Below are positions 37,599 to 48,149 of a DNA stretch of 64,000 nucleotides, piece after piece. The notes under the pieces are model-generated. The model was not told the DNA's origin, did no database searches, and saw only the letters and a list, made by a program, of their open reading frames with translations. How positions within the stretch are numbered: position 1 is the stretch's first letter; every line of letters begins with the position of its first letter. Source of the DNA: Candidatus Omnitrophota bacterium (GTDB lineage: Bacteria > Omnitrophota > Gorgyraeia > VGKH01); NCBI GenBank assembly GCA_022703055.1, contig JAKLEP010000002.1, positions 288,480 through 352,479 on the forward strand. The letters are read 5' to 3'. A program made the position numbers and the translations under genes.

Positions 37599-39053
37599 TT
37601 ATTCTTGCTCTTCCTTTTGTTTAAGAAGCGGAAAAAGTATCACGTCTTTGATTGAAGGCTGATCGGTTAATAACATAACCAGCCTATCAATACCGATTCC
37701 TAATCCGCCAGCTGGCGGCATGCCGTATTCTAAGGCCTCGATAAAATCTTCATCTATCTTCTTGATGTCAGGATTGTCTCTTGCCTCTATTTCTTCTTTG
37801 AGGCGCAAGCTCTGCTCCTGCGGATCGTTAAGTTCTGAATATGCATTAGCTATTTCTAGGCCTGCGACGAATAACTCAAAGCGCTCGGCCAAAAGCGGAT
37901 TATCCTTTTTCTTTTTTGATAATGGCGAAAGGCTGCTGAAGTAATCGATAAAAAACAAAGGTTTCGATACAGCTTCTTGCTGCAGCATATCTTCTACAAT
38001 CTTCATGACCTGAGAACGCGTGAGCTTATCTGTAACATCGATGTGCGTCCTCTTGGCTTTTAGTTTCTCGACCATGACTTTTGCTTCGTCATCGGGGTTT
38101 ATATCAAACATATCCTTGACCACTTTAGCGAATGAACGCCTGTCCCATGGCGGCGCCCAGTCAATGGTCTTGCCTTGGTAATCAATCTTGGTCGTGCCCT
38201 TAATCGACATTACCAGAGAAGAAACCAAATCCTCGGTCAATTTCATTACGTCTTCATAATCGGCATAGGCGGTGTAAACTTCAAGCATGGTAAATTCCGG
38301 ATTATGCCTCGTAGAAACACCTTCGTTTCGGAAACTGCGATTAATCTCATAAACCTTATCAAATCCGCCGACCAATAAGCGTTTCAGATATAGCTCAGGG
38401 GCAATCCGAAGATAAACATCCATATCGAATTCATTATGAAAACTCTTAAAAGGCCTGCCTGCTGCGCCTCCGGGTATTGGCTGAAGCATTGGAGTTTCAA
38501 CTTCTAGATATCCTTTATCGTCGAGGAATTTTCTTATAAAACCTATGATTTTTGAGCGCGCCTCGAAGATCTCTTTGACTTCTTTGTTGGCGATTAAATC
38601 TAAATAACGTTGACGATACCTTATCTCAATATCCTTTAAGCCATGCCATTTCTCAGGCAATGGTTTTATAGCTTTGGAAAGCACCTGAACATCGTTAATC
38701 TTTACGGTAATCTCGCCAGTATGGGTTTTAAAGAGCTCGCCTTTAATGCCGATTATATCCCCGATATCGATATCCTTGAAGAAATCGAATTTTTCTTTTC
38801 CTATATCATCTTCCTTGATATAAAGCTGAATCTTGCCGGTTTGGTCCTGGATATTACTAAAGCAGGCCTTGCCGTGGCCCCTTTTTGCCACTAATCTGCC
38901 TGCCAAAGACACGGTTTTAGCCTCTTTAAAATCAGCCAAAACTTCACCAATATTAGCACTGCAAGAAAACTTCCTGGGATAAGGATCTATGCCCTTATCT
39001 TTTAAGCTCTTAATTTTATTAACCCTTTGATTTATAATATCTTCTAGCTCCAT
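37599..39053 (-). CDS. lysS: Lysine--tRNA ligase (class II)
   Basis: 484 aa. OB anticodon-binding N-domain, class II motifs (FRNEG..., GGLGIGIDRLVMLL). Confidence 0.9.
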   Translation of the reverse strand: MELEDIINQRVNKIKSLKDKGIDPYPRKFSCSANIGEVLADFKEAKTVSLAGRLVAKRGHGKACFSNIQDQTGKIQLYIKEDDIGKEKFDFFKDIDIGDIIGIKGELFKTHTGEITVKINDVQVLSKAIKPLPEKWHGLKDIEIRYRQRYLDLIANKEVKEIFEARSKIIGFIRKFLDDKGYLEVETPMLQPIPGGAAGRPFKSFHNEFDMDVYLRIAPELYLKRLLVGGFDKVYEINRSFRNEGVSTRHNPEFTMLEVYTAYADYEDVMKLTEDLVSSLVMSIKGTTKIDYQGKTIDWAPPWDRRSFAKVVKDMFDINPDDEAKVMVEKLKAKRTHIDVTDKLTRSQVMKIVEDMLQQEAVSKPLFFIDYFSSLSPLSKKKKDNPLLAERFELFVAGLEIANAYSELNDPQEQSLRLKEEIEARDNPDIKKIDEDFIEALEYGMPPAGGLGIGIDRLVMLLTDQPSIKDVILFPLLKQKEEQE

Positions 39054-39077
39054 TTTCCTCCTTAAACTTAGATAGTT

Positions 39078-39106
39078 ATTATATAGCAGAAATCAAAAAC
39101 TGTCAA
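39078..39106 (-). promoter_or_regulatory. Consensus sigma-70 promoter upstream of lysS
   Basis: On the minus strand: TTGACA (39106-39101), 17-nt spacer, TATAAT (39083-39078). GGAGGA RBS immediately before ATG 39053. Confidence 0.65.
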
Positions 39107-39215
39107 CCAATTCGCTTGGCTACGCTAGGTGCAAAAATGGTCAAAAACCGCTTAAAAATGATTTAAATTTGGGCCAAAGGAAAGGTGAAAGACAGGACTT
39201 AAAAACAGATAAAAA

Positions 39216-40043
39216 TCAGATTGCCACGATGGAAATGCCTTTTTTGTCTGCAAGACTAACTGTTTCTTCTCTATCTATAACCAAGGTCTTGTTGGCTTCT
39301 ATAGCCAGACAGGAAGCCTGGGATTTAATCATTGTTTTTATGGTTCTGGGTCCTATAACTGGTATGTCAAAACGTAAATCTTGTTTGGGCTTACTAACCT
39401 TGACCACTACCACGTTACCTCTTCCTATTATTCCCGCGCGCCTAATGGTAAAATCTGTGCCTTCAAGCGCTTCCACCGCTAAAACCGCCTTCTTTTTTAT
39501 TGCGACAGTCTGACCGATATCCAAGTTGGCGATTGCTTTGGCAGTTTCTCTGCCGAATTTTATATCTTCGTATTCCTCTTGCGTAGGAGCTCTTTTAGTT
39601 AAAACGCCCTCTCTAGGCAGATATTCCTTCATATATGTCGTTGAATTGATAATTTCGATGCCCTGCTCTTCTAATTTATTGGCGAATGCTCCAAAAATAG
39701 TATCAGCCTTTTTATTTCTTATTGATTCCAATAATTCCTGCAATTCCTCGTCGACAACTATCCTTTTATCAAAAAGCTTCCGGGGATTGACCTGTCCGAC
39801 CATCGCCAATCTTGAGACCTGTTCCTTATGAAGTATCTCTATCAATTTGTTGTATTGTCCGGCCTGAATCCAATACATCCTATCCACAAACTTGGAAAGG
39901 TTGCGAACCGTATCATCAATAATACCTATAGCGATTAATTCTATATCGGCGCTCTTCTTGGCGGATTGGGCAAAAATAACGGGAAACTTTCCGTTTCCCG
40001 CAATCAAAGCCAATTTATTATTAGATTTTTCTACTATCGACAT
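39216..40043 (-). CDS. lpxI: UDP-2,3-diacylglucosamine diphosphatase LpxI (DUF1009)
   Basis: 275 aa. LALIAGNGKFP N-terminus, DIGQTVA and EALEGTD motifs. Sits in the lpx cluster. Confidence 0.8.
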   Translation of the reverse strand: MSIVEKSNNKLALIAGNGKFPVIFAQSAKKSADIELIAIGIIDDTVRNLSKFVDRMYWIQAGQYNKLIEILHKEQVSRLAMVGQVNPRKLFDKRIVVDEELQELLESIRNKKADTIFGAFANKLEEQGIEIINSTTYMKEYLPREGVLTKRAPTQEEYEDIKFGRETAKAIANLDIGQTVAIKKKAVLAVEALEGTDFTIRRAGIIGRGNVVVVKVSKPKQDLRFDIPVIGPRTIKTMIKSQASCLAIEANKTLVIDREETVSLADKKGISIVAI

Positions 40044-40813
40044 ATCCCTCGTTCGGAAGAAGTAACAAACTGCACTAGTTTTGTCACCTCTTTGTAGCCC
40101 GTAATTTCTTTCTCAATCCTTTCAACGGCGTGTTTAATTGTTAATTTCGAATAGAACAGCAATTTAAAAGCGTGCTTAAGATTGACAATCGCATCTTTGG
40201 GTATACCTGCCCTTCTTAATCCGACCAAATTCAAACCATAAACCTTAGTGGGATGACCGTCGCAGGTTGAGTAAGGCGGTATATCCTGGACAACTTTGGA
40301 GCAACCGCCGATAATCGCTAATGTACCAATCCTTGTATATTGATGGACTGCTACTAGTCCTCCTATAACTACTCTATCTTCAAGGGTAACAAACCCGGCT
40401 AAAGTTCCGTTATTGGCAACTATGCAATTATTACCAATTTTACAATCGTGAGCAACATGGCTATAGGCCATAAAAAGGTTATTATCTCCGATTGTTGTTT
40501 TGCTGCCTTCAATGGTGGCTATGTTCATAGTCACGAATTCTCTAATGATATTATTCTTGCCGATCTTTAAACCAGTCTTTTCTCCCTTGAATTTAAGATC
40601 CTGCGGGATAGTGCCTACGGCAGCGCTGGAAAAAATCTGGCAATTTTCACCAATTTCGGTGTTGCCGTCTAAAACGCAAAAAGCACCGATCTTTGAGCCT
40701 TTACCTATTTTAACATTGCCGCCGATTATTGTGTATGGCCCGACCTCGACTCCGTCGGAGATTTGTGCTTTTTTATCTATTATTGCTGTGGGATGAATCT
40801 TAATGTTTGCCAT
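40034..40813 (-). CDS. lpxA: Acyl-ACP--UDP-N-acetylglucosamine O-acyltransferase
   Basis: 259 aa. IHPTAIID start, left-handed beta-helix hexapeptide repeats, C-terminal helical domain. Confidence 0.9.
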   Translation of the reverse strand: MANIKIHPTAIIDKKAQISDGVEVGPYTIIGGNVKIGKGSKIGAFCVLDGNTEIGENCQIFSSAAVGTIPQDLKFKGEKTGLKIGKNNIIREFVTMNIATIEGSKTTIGDNNLFMAYSHVAHDCKIGNNCIVANNGTLAGFVTLEDRVVIGGLVAVHQYTRIGTLAIIGGCSKVVQDIPPYSTCDGHPTKVYGLNLVGLRRAGIPKDAIVNLKHAFKLLFYSKLTIKHAVERIEKEITGYKEVTKLVQFVTSSERGICR

Positions 40814-40823
40814 TTTATTTTTT

Positions 40824-42137
40824 CTATGTTTCAGCCAAAGAAAACATAAGCTCGGCTTCGGCCACTATCTTGTCGTCTACTTTTGCACAAGTGCGTACCT
40901 GACCGGTCCGGGATCTCACTTTAAGAACTTCTACTTCCAAAACAAGCTGGTCTCCCGGGACCACCGGTTTTCTGAATTTTATATTGTTTGCAGCTATAAA
41001 ATAAGCGATTTTCCCCAAATTCTTTGCCTGAGAAAGCATCAGCACCCCGCCAACCTGAGCCATGGCTTCAATAATCAACACTCCCGGCATAACCGGCTGT
41101 GTAGGAAAATGCCCAACAAAGAAATTCTCGTTTATAGTGACATTTTTTATGCCTATTGCGCGCTTGCCCTCTTCTAAATATAAAATCCTATCCACTAATA
41201 AAAAAGGATAACGATGAGGCAGAACTTTCATTATCTCGCCTACATTAAATTCCTTTAAGCCCACCACATACTCCGATTTGACTCCGGCCGCATCATATCT
41301 TTTCATCTGCTCATATATCTTATGAAGAAGCTTTACATTGAGCGAGTGCCCGCTCTTCAATGCAATAACGTAGCCTTTTATCGGACAGCCTAAGAGATAA
41401 AGATCGCCGACTAAATCCAGGACTTTATGCCTGACAAATTCGTCTTCTTTGCGCAATATATTATCGACTACGCCCTTCTCAGTCACCACTAAAGTATTCT
41501 CAAAGCTTGCCCCTTTGCCTAATCCTATCTTCTTTAACTCCTCAACCTCTTTTTCTAAAACGAAAGTCCTGTAAGATGCGACTTCCTGTTCAAAAGTCTC
41601 AGGCGTTATTTCCAAGCTAAGGTGTTGAGTTCTTAATAGAGGGTGGTCGTAATCTAATGTGTATGAAATCCTGAAAGCAGGATATGGCAGGACTGCCAAG
41701 GTAGACTCTTTTTCTTCGACCCAAATCGGTTCTTTTACTATAAAATATTTGCGGGCGGCATCCTGCGTCTCGAGGCCGGCTTTTTTAAACATTTCGATAA
41801 AAGCATAGCCACTTCCGTCGAGAGCCGGAACTTCATTATTATCGATTTCTACGATTAAATTGTCAATTCCTAAGCCCGATAGGGCGGCCATCAAATGTTC
41901 TACCGTATGTATTTGGACGCTGTCTGTGCCGATAGAAGTCCTGCGGGGGTTATGGGTAGACTCTAATATATTCTCAGCGTCTGCTTTTATAGCCAGGTTT
42001 CTGTCTAGGTCGGTACGAACAAAAACTATGCCCTTGTTAGCCTCGGCAGGTTTAAAGGTAACTTTTGCATAATTGCCGGTATGCAGTCCCGATCCTTCAA
42101 TATGTATATCTTTTTTTATGGTTTTCTGGTTTTCCAT
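40824..42137 (-). CDS. lpxC/fabZ: Bifunctional UDP-3-O-acyl-GlcNAc deacetylase / 3-hydroxyacyl-ACP dehydratase (LpxC-FabZ fusion)
   Basis: 437 aa. LpxC part (QKTIKK..GSGLHTG, HTVEHL, HKVLDLVGDL, GH). FabZ hotdog part (LPHRYPFLLVDR, NENFFVGHFP, PGVLIIEAMAQ). Confidence 0.9.
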   Translation of the reverse strand: MENQKTIKKDIHIEGSGLHTGNYAKVTFKPAEANKGIVFVRTDLDRNLAIKADAENILESTHNPRRTSIGTDSVQIHTVEHLMAALSGLGIDNLIVEIDNNEVPALDGSGYAFIEMFKKAGLETQDAARKYFIVKEPIWVEEKESTLAVLPYPAFRISYTLDYDHPLLRTQHLSLEITPETFEQEVASYRTFVLEKEVEELKKIGLGKGASFENTLVVTEKGVVDNILRKEDEFVRHKVLDLVGDLYLLGCPIKGYVIALKSGHSLNVKLLHKIYEQMKRYDAAGVKSEYVVGLKEFNVGEIMKVLPHRYPFLLVDRILYLEEGKRAIGIKNVTINENFFVGHFPTQPVMPGVLIIEAMAQVGGVLMLSQAKNLGKIAYFIAANNIKFRKPVVPGDQLVLEVEVLKVRSRTGQVRTCAKVDDKIVAEAELMFSLAET

Positions 42138-43177
42138 TATTTATCTTTTAAACGCTGTTCTAGTTCTTCGATTTTCTTCTGTAAGCTAGAAATTGTCTTA
42201 AATAATTGAGGCAGCCTCTGGATGCAGGCATTTACTCTTTTTGCGATGTCGTGAGGCTTAGCCGGATAGCCCGAAACAGTGGTATTCGCCGGAACAGATT
42301 TAGTGACTCCCGATTGGGCGCCCACAACCACATTATCTCCTATATCAATATGGCCTACCACGCCAGATTGGCCAGCTAAAATAACGTTTTTACCTATTGT
42401 AGAACTGCCAGATATGCCAGTCTGAGCAATAATCAATGAATTCTCCCCGATAACTACATTATGTGCGATATGCACTAAATTATCAATTTTTGTGCCTTTG
42501 CCGATAATCGTTTTGTCAAATCTTGCCCTGTCAATAGCGACATTGGCGCCGATCTCTACATCGTCCTCGACAACTACGGTACCAACTTGCGGTATGCGTT
42601 GATGCCTGCCTTCTATCGTAACATAGCCAAATCCGTCGGAACCAATAACGGTGCCATTATTAATTATAACCCTGTTTCCGATTTTGACTCTTTCCCGGAT
42701 AGAAACGTTAGGATAGATAAGGCAATCATTGCCTACTGAAACTCCACTAGCAAGGTAACAACCGCCATAAATAATAGTATTGTTACCAACATCCACATTA
42801 TCTTCCAAAACAGCACAGGCGCCTACGGAAACATTTTTGCCAAGCTTGACGGTCTTTGATAAAATCGCCTGCGGATGAATGCCTTGCGGATGCTTTATAT
42901 CGACGGGAAAAATCAAAGAAACAACTTGTGAGAAAGCCAGGGAAGGATTGTCGGCGCGGATAACCGGCTTATCGGTACTTTCCTCAAAATCTTTAGAAGC
43001 AATAATAGCTGAAGCCTTAGTCTCTTTTGCTAGATGGCTATATTTTGGGTTGGCGACAAAAGTAATATCGCCCTCTTTGGCTTCTTTTATACCGCTTATA
43101 CCCGTAATTACTGTATTAGGATCACCGACAAAATCTGCCTTTAAGAATTTGGCGATCTCGGCTAAAGTTTTACTCAT
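42137..43177 (-). CDS. lpxD: UDP-3-O-acylglucosamine N-acyltransferase
   Basis: 346 aa. N-terminal LAEIAKFL domain, long hexapeptide-repeat beta-helix, C-terminal coiled tail. Confidence 0.9.
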   Translation of the reverse strand: MSKTLAEIAKFLKADFVGDPNTVITGISGIKEAKEGDITFVANPKYSHLAKETKASAIIASKDFEESTDKPVIRADNPSLAFSQVVSLIFPVDIKHPQGIHPQAILSKTVKLGKNVSVGACAVLEDNVDVGNNTIIYGGCYLASGVSVGNDCLIYPNVSIRERVKIGNRVIINNGTVIGSDGFGYVTIEGRHQRIPQVGTVVVEDDVEIGANVAIDRARFDKTIIGKGTKIDNLVHIAHNVVIGENSLIIAQTGISGSSTIGKNVILAGQSGVVGHIDIGDNVVVGAQSGVTKSVPANTTVSGYPAKPHDIAKRVNACIQRLPQLFKTISSLQKKIEELEQRLKDK

Positions 43178-43205
43178 TGCGTTTTTTAAGAACTGACTTT
43201 CTTTG

Positions 43206-43706
43206 TTATTTTCCTTCGTTTAATATCTTTATAATCTGATCAGTAATATTTAGCGATGGATTTATATAAGCCAAGGCTAAATCCTGAAAAACAAAAGTAA
43301 TATTATTTTTTTCGGCGTACTCTTTAATTGCCTTCTTTATTTCGTTTACTATTTCTTCTCTCATGTTGTTGTATTCCTTGCTAAGTTCCATAGTAGCCTG
43401 ATTCTCAAATTGTTGCAGAACTTTTATCTTATCTTCCAGATCTTTCTGCGTTTTATCTTTTTCTTCTTTAGAAACTATGGAAAGCTTTTCCTGTAATTTC
43501 TTTATTTCATCGACGCTCTTTTCTCTCTCTTTTGTTTTTGCATTCTTGTCATCCTGCAATTTCTTATCATATTTCTCTGTCTTTTTGTACTCATTGAAAA
43601 TTTTGAACATATCCACATAAGCAAATTTCTGTTCTTGCGCATAAACAGTGCCCAATAAAGAGGCTCCGAACAAAAACATTACTAGCAATACTAAAACTTT
43701 CTTCAT
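43206..43706 (-). CDS. skp: OmpH/Skp family periplasmic chaperone
   Basis: 166 aa. Signal peptide, K/E-rich coiled-coil arms. Position between bamA and lpxD. Confidence 0.8.
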   Translation of the reverse strand: MKKVLVLLVMFLFGASLLGTVYAQEQKFAYVDMFKIFNEYKKTEKYDKKLQDDKNAKTKEREKSVDEIKKLQEKLSIVSKEEKDKTQKDLEDKIKVLQQFENQATMELSKEYNNMREEIVNEIKKAIKEYAEKNNITFVFQDLALAYINPSLNITDQIIKILNEGK

Positions 43707-43723
43707 TTCTACTCCTCCTTTTT

Positions 43724-46033
43724 TTAAAATCCATGACTCATACTAAAATAGAATTGGCCTTCCTTTTTGTCTTCGCCAGGTTCTTTATTTAAAGGAAATC
43801 CGTAATCTAGCTTAATAGGGCCTATGGGCGTTTTTATCCTTACCCCTAAACCAAAGCCGGATTTAAAACCGCCAGAACCTAAATCGCTTGATTTTGCCCA
43901 TACGTTTCCGGTATCAAAAAACGCCGCTACTTTTAGATACTCAACTAATTGTTTAGTATACTCTATATTACCAACCAGCAAAGATTCGCCTCCTATAGGA
44001 TCTTCTGAAGACGGATCTATGGGGCCGACTTTTCTTTCTTGGTAACCACGGATAGTATTGGCTCCTCCGGCAAAGAATCTTTCATAAATAGGGACCTCGG
44101 AAGAATCTCCGTATGCATCAATTATGCCGGCTTGCAATCTTAATTCCAAAACGGAATTCCACCAAGTAGGAATATCGTAGCTAGTTTTAGTAGTAAGACG
44201 GGTAAAATCTTTGTCTCCCCCGAACATCCCGCCTGCCACGTCAAACCAACCGCCTAAAAACAATCCCTTTGTGGGATCTAATTTGTTATCCCGTTTATCC
44301 AAGGCTAATTTTAAACCTACGCTACTGATTGTATTTTCGCCCTCTTCTTTAAAAAGCTCGCTTGATGCAGACGGGTCTATATCGGAAATCTTTATTTTCT
44401 CGTTGCTGTACATGATTCCAGCGGTTAGATATTCAGATATTTCCTTGTCTAATCTTAGGTCTCCGCCGGTACGCCTCTCATCGTAACCATAACCCACATC
44501 TTCTTCTCTATCATGAGAAGTTTGGAATAAATCAAAACCAAAAGAAAGAGGATAATCAAAAATCCAGGGCTCAGTAAAACTTAACTGGAAATTCTGCCTG
44601 ACAGTTCCCCATTCGCTATACAAAACTAAATCTTGCCCGTCGCCGGTAAAATACGGGAAGTTTTTGAAATCGAAATTTCTCTGTCTTATAGAAGCGAATC
44701 CGACGAACTGATCTATGGTGCTATAACCTCCGCCGAAGCTAAACTCTCCAGTCTTGGATTCCTTAACGTCAACCACTAAATTCTTTTTATTTTCGGCTGA
44801 GCCCGGTTCTATATTAAAACCTACCTCTTCAAAAAATCCTAAATTACGCAGCCTTTCGCGGCTCCTGCGTAATTTCTGTCCATCGAATTTCTCACCCGGA
44901 TTGATGCGCAGCTCTCTTCTTATTACTACGTCTTTGGTCTTAATATTGCCGACAATATTAATCCTATCAACGTAAGCGGTCTGCCCCTCCTTAATACTGT
45001 AATCAATATCGACTCTTCCTGTTTTGGGGTCAATTGATGTTGCCGACTGAACATCAGCAGAAATATATCCTTTATCAAAATATACCTGTTTTATTTTATC
45101 TACATCCATCTGCAGCGAATCGTTACTAAAAACCTTTCCCGGAAGACAATCTTGTAATTGTGATGTGATATCCTGCTTGGAAATGATTTCGTTGCCTTTT
45201 ATTGTAATGCTACCCACGAAATATTTCGTGCCTTCCTCTATAGAAAACGTTATAAACATCAACCCTTTTTCTTTTGTCTCGGTATCAAAGTCTACTTTTA
45301 CGTCGAGAAATCCTTCTCTTTTATAGAAAGCCTTTATTCTATCAACATCTTCAGCCAGAACATCTTTGTTATAAAGGCCGGCACTTAAAAATAAGAATCT
45401 CGTCCTGGTTTTTACAACCTTAAGCAATCTTTTAGATTTAAAAGACTTATTTCCTACAAAAGATATCTTCTTGATTTTTATCTTGAAACTTTCTTTAATA
45501 ACTATTTTAACTTTGGCCTTATTGGTCTGGTCGTCTGTTTTTATATCCTGGCTTATATCCACCAAAGAATAGCCTCTCTTCTTATATTCGTCTTGGATAT
45601 TTTTGATGTCTTCTTTTAAAACCTGCAAGTCAAGAAACTCTCCTTTTTTTGATTTTAATATAGTATCTAATTTTCTTTTTCCTATAACCCTGGAGCCTTC
45701 AATGGTGATATCTTCAATAATCGGCTTCTCGATCAAAAAGAATATGACCTTAAACCCGCCTTCAAAATCTTCCCTGTCCACCTTGACATCGCTAAAAGAG
45801 CCCATATTATAAATTCTTTTCAAGTCCTCGCTGATTATGTTCTGGGAATATTCCTGTCCCACCCTGGTCTTTATCTTGGGCATAATATTGGCCGTACTTA
45901 TGCTTTTATTGCCCTTTAGCTCAATTGCTGTGACATTCTTAGTCTCGCCTTCTGTCTGGGCCAAGGCAACTGCAACCATCCCAAAAACAAATAACAAAAC
46001 TAGCATTGTTATATTTTTTAAAGATTTCATCAT
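43724..46033 (-). CDS. bamA: Outer membrane protein assembly factor BamA
   Basis: 769 aa. Signal peptide, five POTRA-like repeats, C-terminal beta-barrel with RGY motif (NTIRGY), terminal ...FYFSMSHGF. Confidence 0.9.
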   Translation of the reverse strand: MMKSLKNITMLVLLFVFGMVAVALAQTEGETKNVTAIELKGNKSISTANIMPKIKTRVGQEYSQNIISEDLKRIYNMGSFSDVKVDREDFEGGFKVIFFLIEKPIIEDITIEGSRVIGKRKLDTILKSKKGEFLDLQVLKEDIKNIQDEYKKRGYSLVDISQDIKTDDQTNKAKVKIVIKESFKIKIKKISFVGNKSFKSKRLLKVVKTRTRFLFLSAGLYNKDVLAEDVDRIKAFYKREGFLDVKVDFDTETKEKGLMFITFSIEEGTKYFVGSITIKGNEIISKQDITSQLQDCLPGKVFSNDSLQMDVDKIKQVYFDKGYISADVQSATSIDPKTGRVDIDYSIKEGQTAYVDRINIVGNIKTKDVVIRRELRINPGEKFDGQKLRRSRERLRNLGFFEEVGFNIEPGSAENKKNLVVDVKESKTGEFSFGGGYSTIDQFVGFASIRQRNFDFKNFPYFTGDGQDLVLYSEWGTVRQNFQLSFTEPWIFDYPLSFGFDLFQTSHDREEDVGYGYDERRTGGDLRLDKEISEYLTAGIMYSNEKIKISDIDPSASSELFKEEGENTISSVGLKLALDKRDNKLDPTKGLFLGGWFDVAGGMFGGDKDFTRLTTKTSYDIPTWWNSVLELRLQAGIIDAYGDSSEVPIYERFFAGGANTIRGYQERKVGPIDPSSEDPIGGESLLVGNIEYTKQLVEYLKVAAFFDTGNVWAKSSDLGSGGFKSGFGLGVRIKTPIGPIKLDYGFPLNKEPGEDKKEGQFYFSMSHGF

Positions 46034-46034
46034 T

Positions 46035-47366
46035 TTACTCCATTCTTACCAGGTTTTCAAAACGCATATATTCTTTGATAAAGGTCAGCTTCACCGAGCC
46101 GACCGGGCCGTTTCTCTGTTTTGCGATTATAACTTCGGCAACCCCCTTATTGTCTTCTGTAGGAGTGTAGTATTCTTCTCTTAGCAATAATATGACCAAA
46201 TCGGCATCCTGCTCTATAGCCCCAGATTCTCTTAAATCGGATAATTGCGGCCTATGGTCTTGCCTTGATTCTACTGCGCGGGAAAGCTGGCTGATGGCGA
46301 TAATTGGCACATCAAGTTCCCTTGCCAAAGCCTTTATTGAACGGGAAATCTCAGATATTTCCTGCTGCCTGTTTTCAATGCTATTTGCGCCGCGCATAAG
46401 CTGAAGGTAATCTACAACGCACATTTTTATGTCATGGTGAGATTTTAACCTTCTTGCCTTGGCGCGTAATTCCAAAGCCGAAATAGCCGGCGTATCGTCG
46501 ATATAAATCGGCGCTTCTGAAAGTTTTCCAGCTGCCGCCGTAAGCCTCGGCCAATCCGACGGAGAAAGATAGCCAGAGCGGACTTTGTGTGCATCAACTC
46601 TAGCATGAGAACAAAGCATACGTTGAACCAGCTGTTCCTTGGACATCTCTAAACTAAAGAAAGCTACAGGAATCTTTTCTACAACTCCTGCATACTCAGC
46701 GATTGATACGGCAAGAGCGCTCTTGCCCATTGACGGCCTTCCAGCGACAATAATCAAATCAGAAGACTGCAAGCCTGCGGTTTTTATGTCGAGATCCACA
46801 AAGCCGGTAGGAACTCCTGTAACATGCGCTTTTCTCTGATAGAGCTTATCGATAGTTTCGATGCTATCCTTAATAATATCTTTTATAGGCGCATAACCCG
46901 ATTCTGCCCTGTGGTCTGAAATCTCAAAAATCAGTCTTTCGGCGCGGTCCAATAATTGGTCCACATTATCCTTGGATTCAAATCCTTCTTTTACAATCTG
47001 AGTCGCATTTGTAATCAAAGACCTTAGTATGCTTCGTTCCTTTACTATACGCGCATAGTATTGAACATTGGCAGCGGTGGGGACATTGTCGACCAGCGTA
47101 GTCAAATAGGTGGCTCCGCCGACATCATCAAGCAAGCCTCTTTTCTTTAGCTCATCGGTCAAAGTAATCAGATCCACGACCTTATGGGCATCATAAAGGC
47201 CCATTATCGCGTCAAAGATCTTCCTATTGGCATCTTTATAAAAACAGGAACCATCGACAAGCTCCAAAACAAGCGGAATGGCGTCTTCTTCTAAAAGCAT
47301 AGACCCCAAAACAGCTATCTCTGCCTCGATATTCTGCGGCGGGACTTTTACTTCCTGGTCACCCAT
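46035..47366 (-). CDS. dnaB: Replicative DNA helicase DnaB
   Basis: 443 aa. [15 protein letters not shown] start, Walker [10 protein letters not shown], Walker B VVDYLQL, QLSR. Confidence 0.9.
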   Translation of the reverse strand: MGDQEVKVPPQNIEAEIAVLGSMLLEEDAIPLVLELVDGSCFYKDANRKIFDAIMGLYDAHKVVDLITLTDELKKRGLLDDVGGATYLTTLVDNVPTAANVQYYARIVKERSILRSLITNATQIVKEGFESKDNVDQLLDRAERLIFEISDHRAESGYAPIKDIIKDSIETIDKLYQRKAHVTGVPTGFVDLDIKTAGLQSSDLIIVAGRPSMGKSALAVSIAEYAGVVEKIPVAFFSLEMSKEQLVQRMLCSHARVDAHKVRSGYLSPSDWPRLTAAAGKLSEAPIYIDDTPAISALELRAKARRLKSHHDIKMCVVDYLQLMRGANSIENRQQEISEISRSIKALARELDVPIIAISQLSRAVESRQDHRPQLSDLRESGAIEQDADLVILLLREEYYTPTEDNKGVAEVIIAKQRNGPVGSVKLTFIKEYMRFENLVRME

Positions 47367-47797
47367 ACTCGGACTTTAGTGGTTACCTCTGGATGAAGCT
47401 TTACATCGACTTCATAAATACCCAGAGTATGTATCGGCTCTTCCAAAAGGACCGATTTCTTGTCTACCTTGATATTCTTCTCTGTTTCTATCGCCCTTGC
47501 GATATCGGCAGCGGTTATACTGCCGAAAAGTTTATCGTCTTCAGAAGCCTCGGCGGTAACGGTACAAGACATTCCAGAAATCTTTTCTGCAATACTTGCC
47601 GCCTCCTGCTTTACCTTCTCTACCTGCAACTCTTTCTGTTTCTTATCCTGCTCTAATTTCTTTAAATTGCCTGGTGTAACTTCCATAGCTAAGCCGTTGG
47701 GGATAAGAAAATTACGGGCGTAGCCATCTTTAACTTTGATTATTTCTCCGGCCTTACCTATTCTTTCAATATCTTTCCTTAGAATAACTTCTTTCAT
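47348..47797 (-). CDS. rplI: Ribosomal protein bL9
   Basis: 149 aa. [37 protein letters not shown] canonical N-terminus. Confidence 0.9.
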   Translation of the reverse strand: MKEVILRKDIERIGKAGEIIKVKDGYARNFLIPNGLAMEVTPGNLKKLEQDKKQKELQVEKVKQEAASIAEKISGMSCTVTAEASEDDKLFGSITAADIARAIETEKNIKVDKKSVLLEEPIHTLGIYEVDVKLHPEVTTKVRVWVTRK

Positions 47798-48149
47798 ATT
47801 TTCCTTCTTTTACAAACGGCAAAAGAGCTATAAATCTAGCTCGTTTTATTGATTGCGCTAATTTCCTTTGGTGCTTAGCACAGTTTCCAGAAATACGTGA
47901 GGTCAAAATTCTGCCTTTTTCCGTAATAAACCGCTGCAGGGTATCCAGGTCTTTGTAGTCGATATCTTTTATCTTATCCCTGCAAAATCTGCAAACTCTT
48001 TTTCGCATGGGAAATTCTCTGGGGAACTTTCCTTCCCTCGAAGAACCCCCCTTTCTAAAGGGAGCCTTTCCTTCTCTACCATCTCTGCTGTCTCTGCTGC
48101 CACTACTTCTGCTGCTACTTCTGCTATCTCTTCCACCTCTGCTATTCAT
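47766..48149 (-). CDS. rpsR: Ribosomal protein bS18 with Arg/Ser/Gly-rich N-terminal extension
   Basis: Core [64 protein letters not shown] is canonical S18. Start chosen at ATG 48149 ([10 protein letters not shown]...), which overlaps the ssb stop by 8 nt. ATG 48008 is a possible shorter start. The ORF-track start is 48188. Confidence 0.8.
   Translation of the reverse strand: MNSRGGRDSRSSSRSSGSRDSRDGREGKAPFRKGGSSREGKFPREFPMRKRVCRFCRDKIKDIDYKDLDTLQRFITEKGRILTSRISGNCAKHQRKLAQSIKRARFIALLPFVKEGKYERSYSKERY

Noticed and set aside
39169-39513. 114-aa plus-strand ORF starting in the lysS-lpxI intergenic gap
   Set aside because: Most of it is antisense to lpxI. The intergenic part is better explained by the consensus minus-strand lysS promoter. 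No RBS.
40824-42137. LpxC-FabZ fusion as a possible novelty
   Set aside because: Bifunctional LpxC/FabZ proteins are a well-known architecture in several diderm phyla. It is noted as a feature only.
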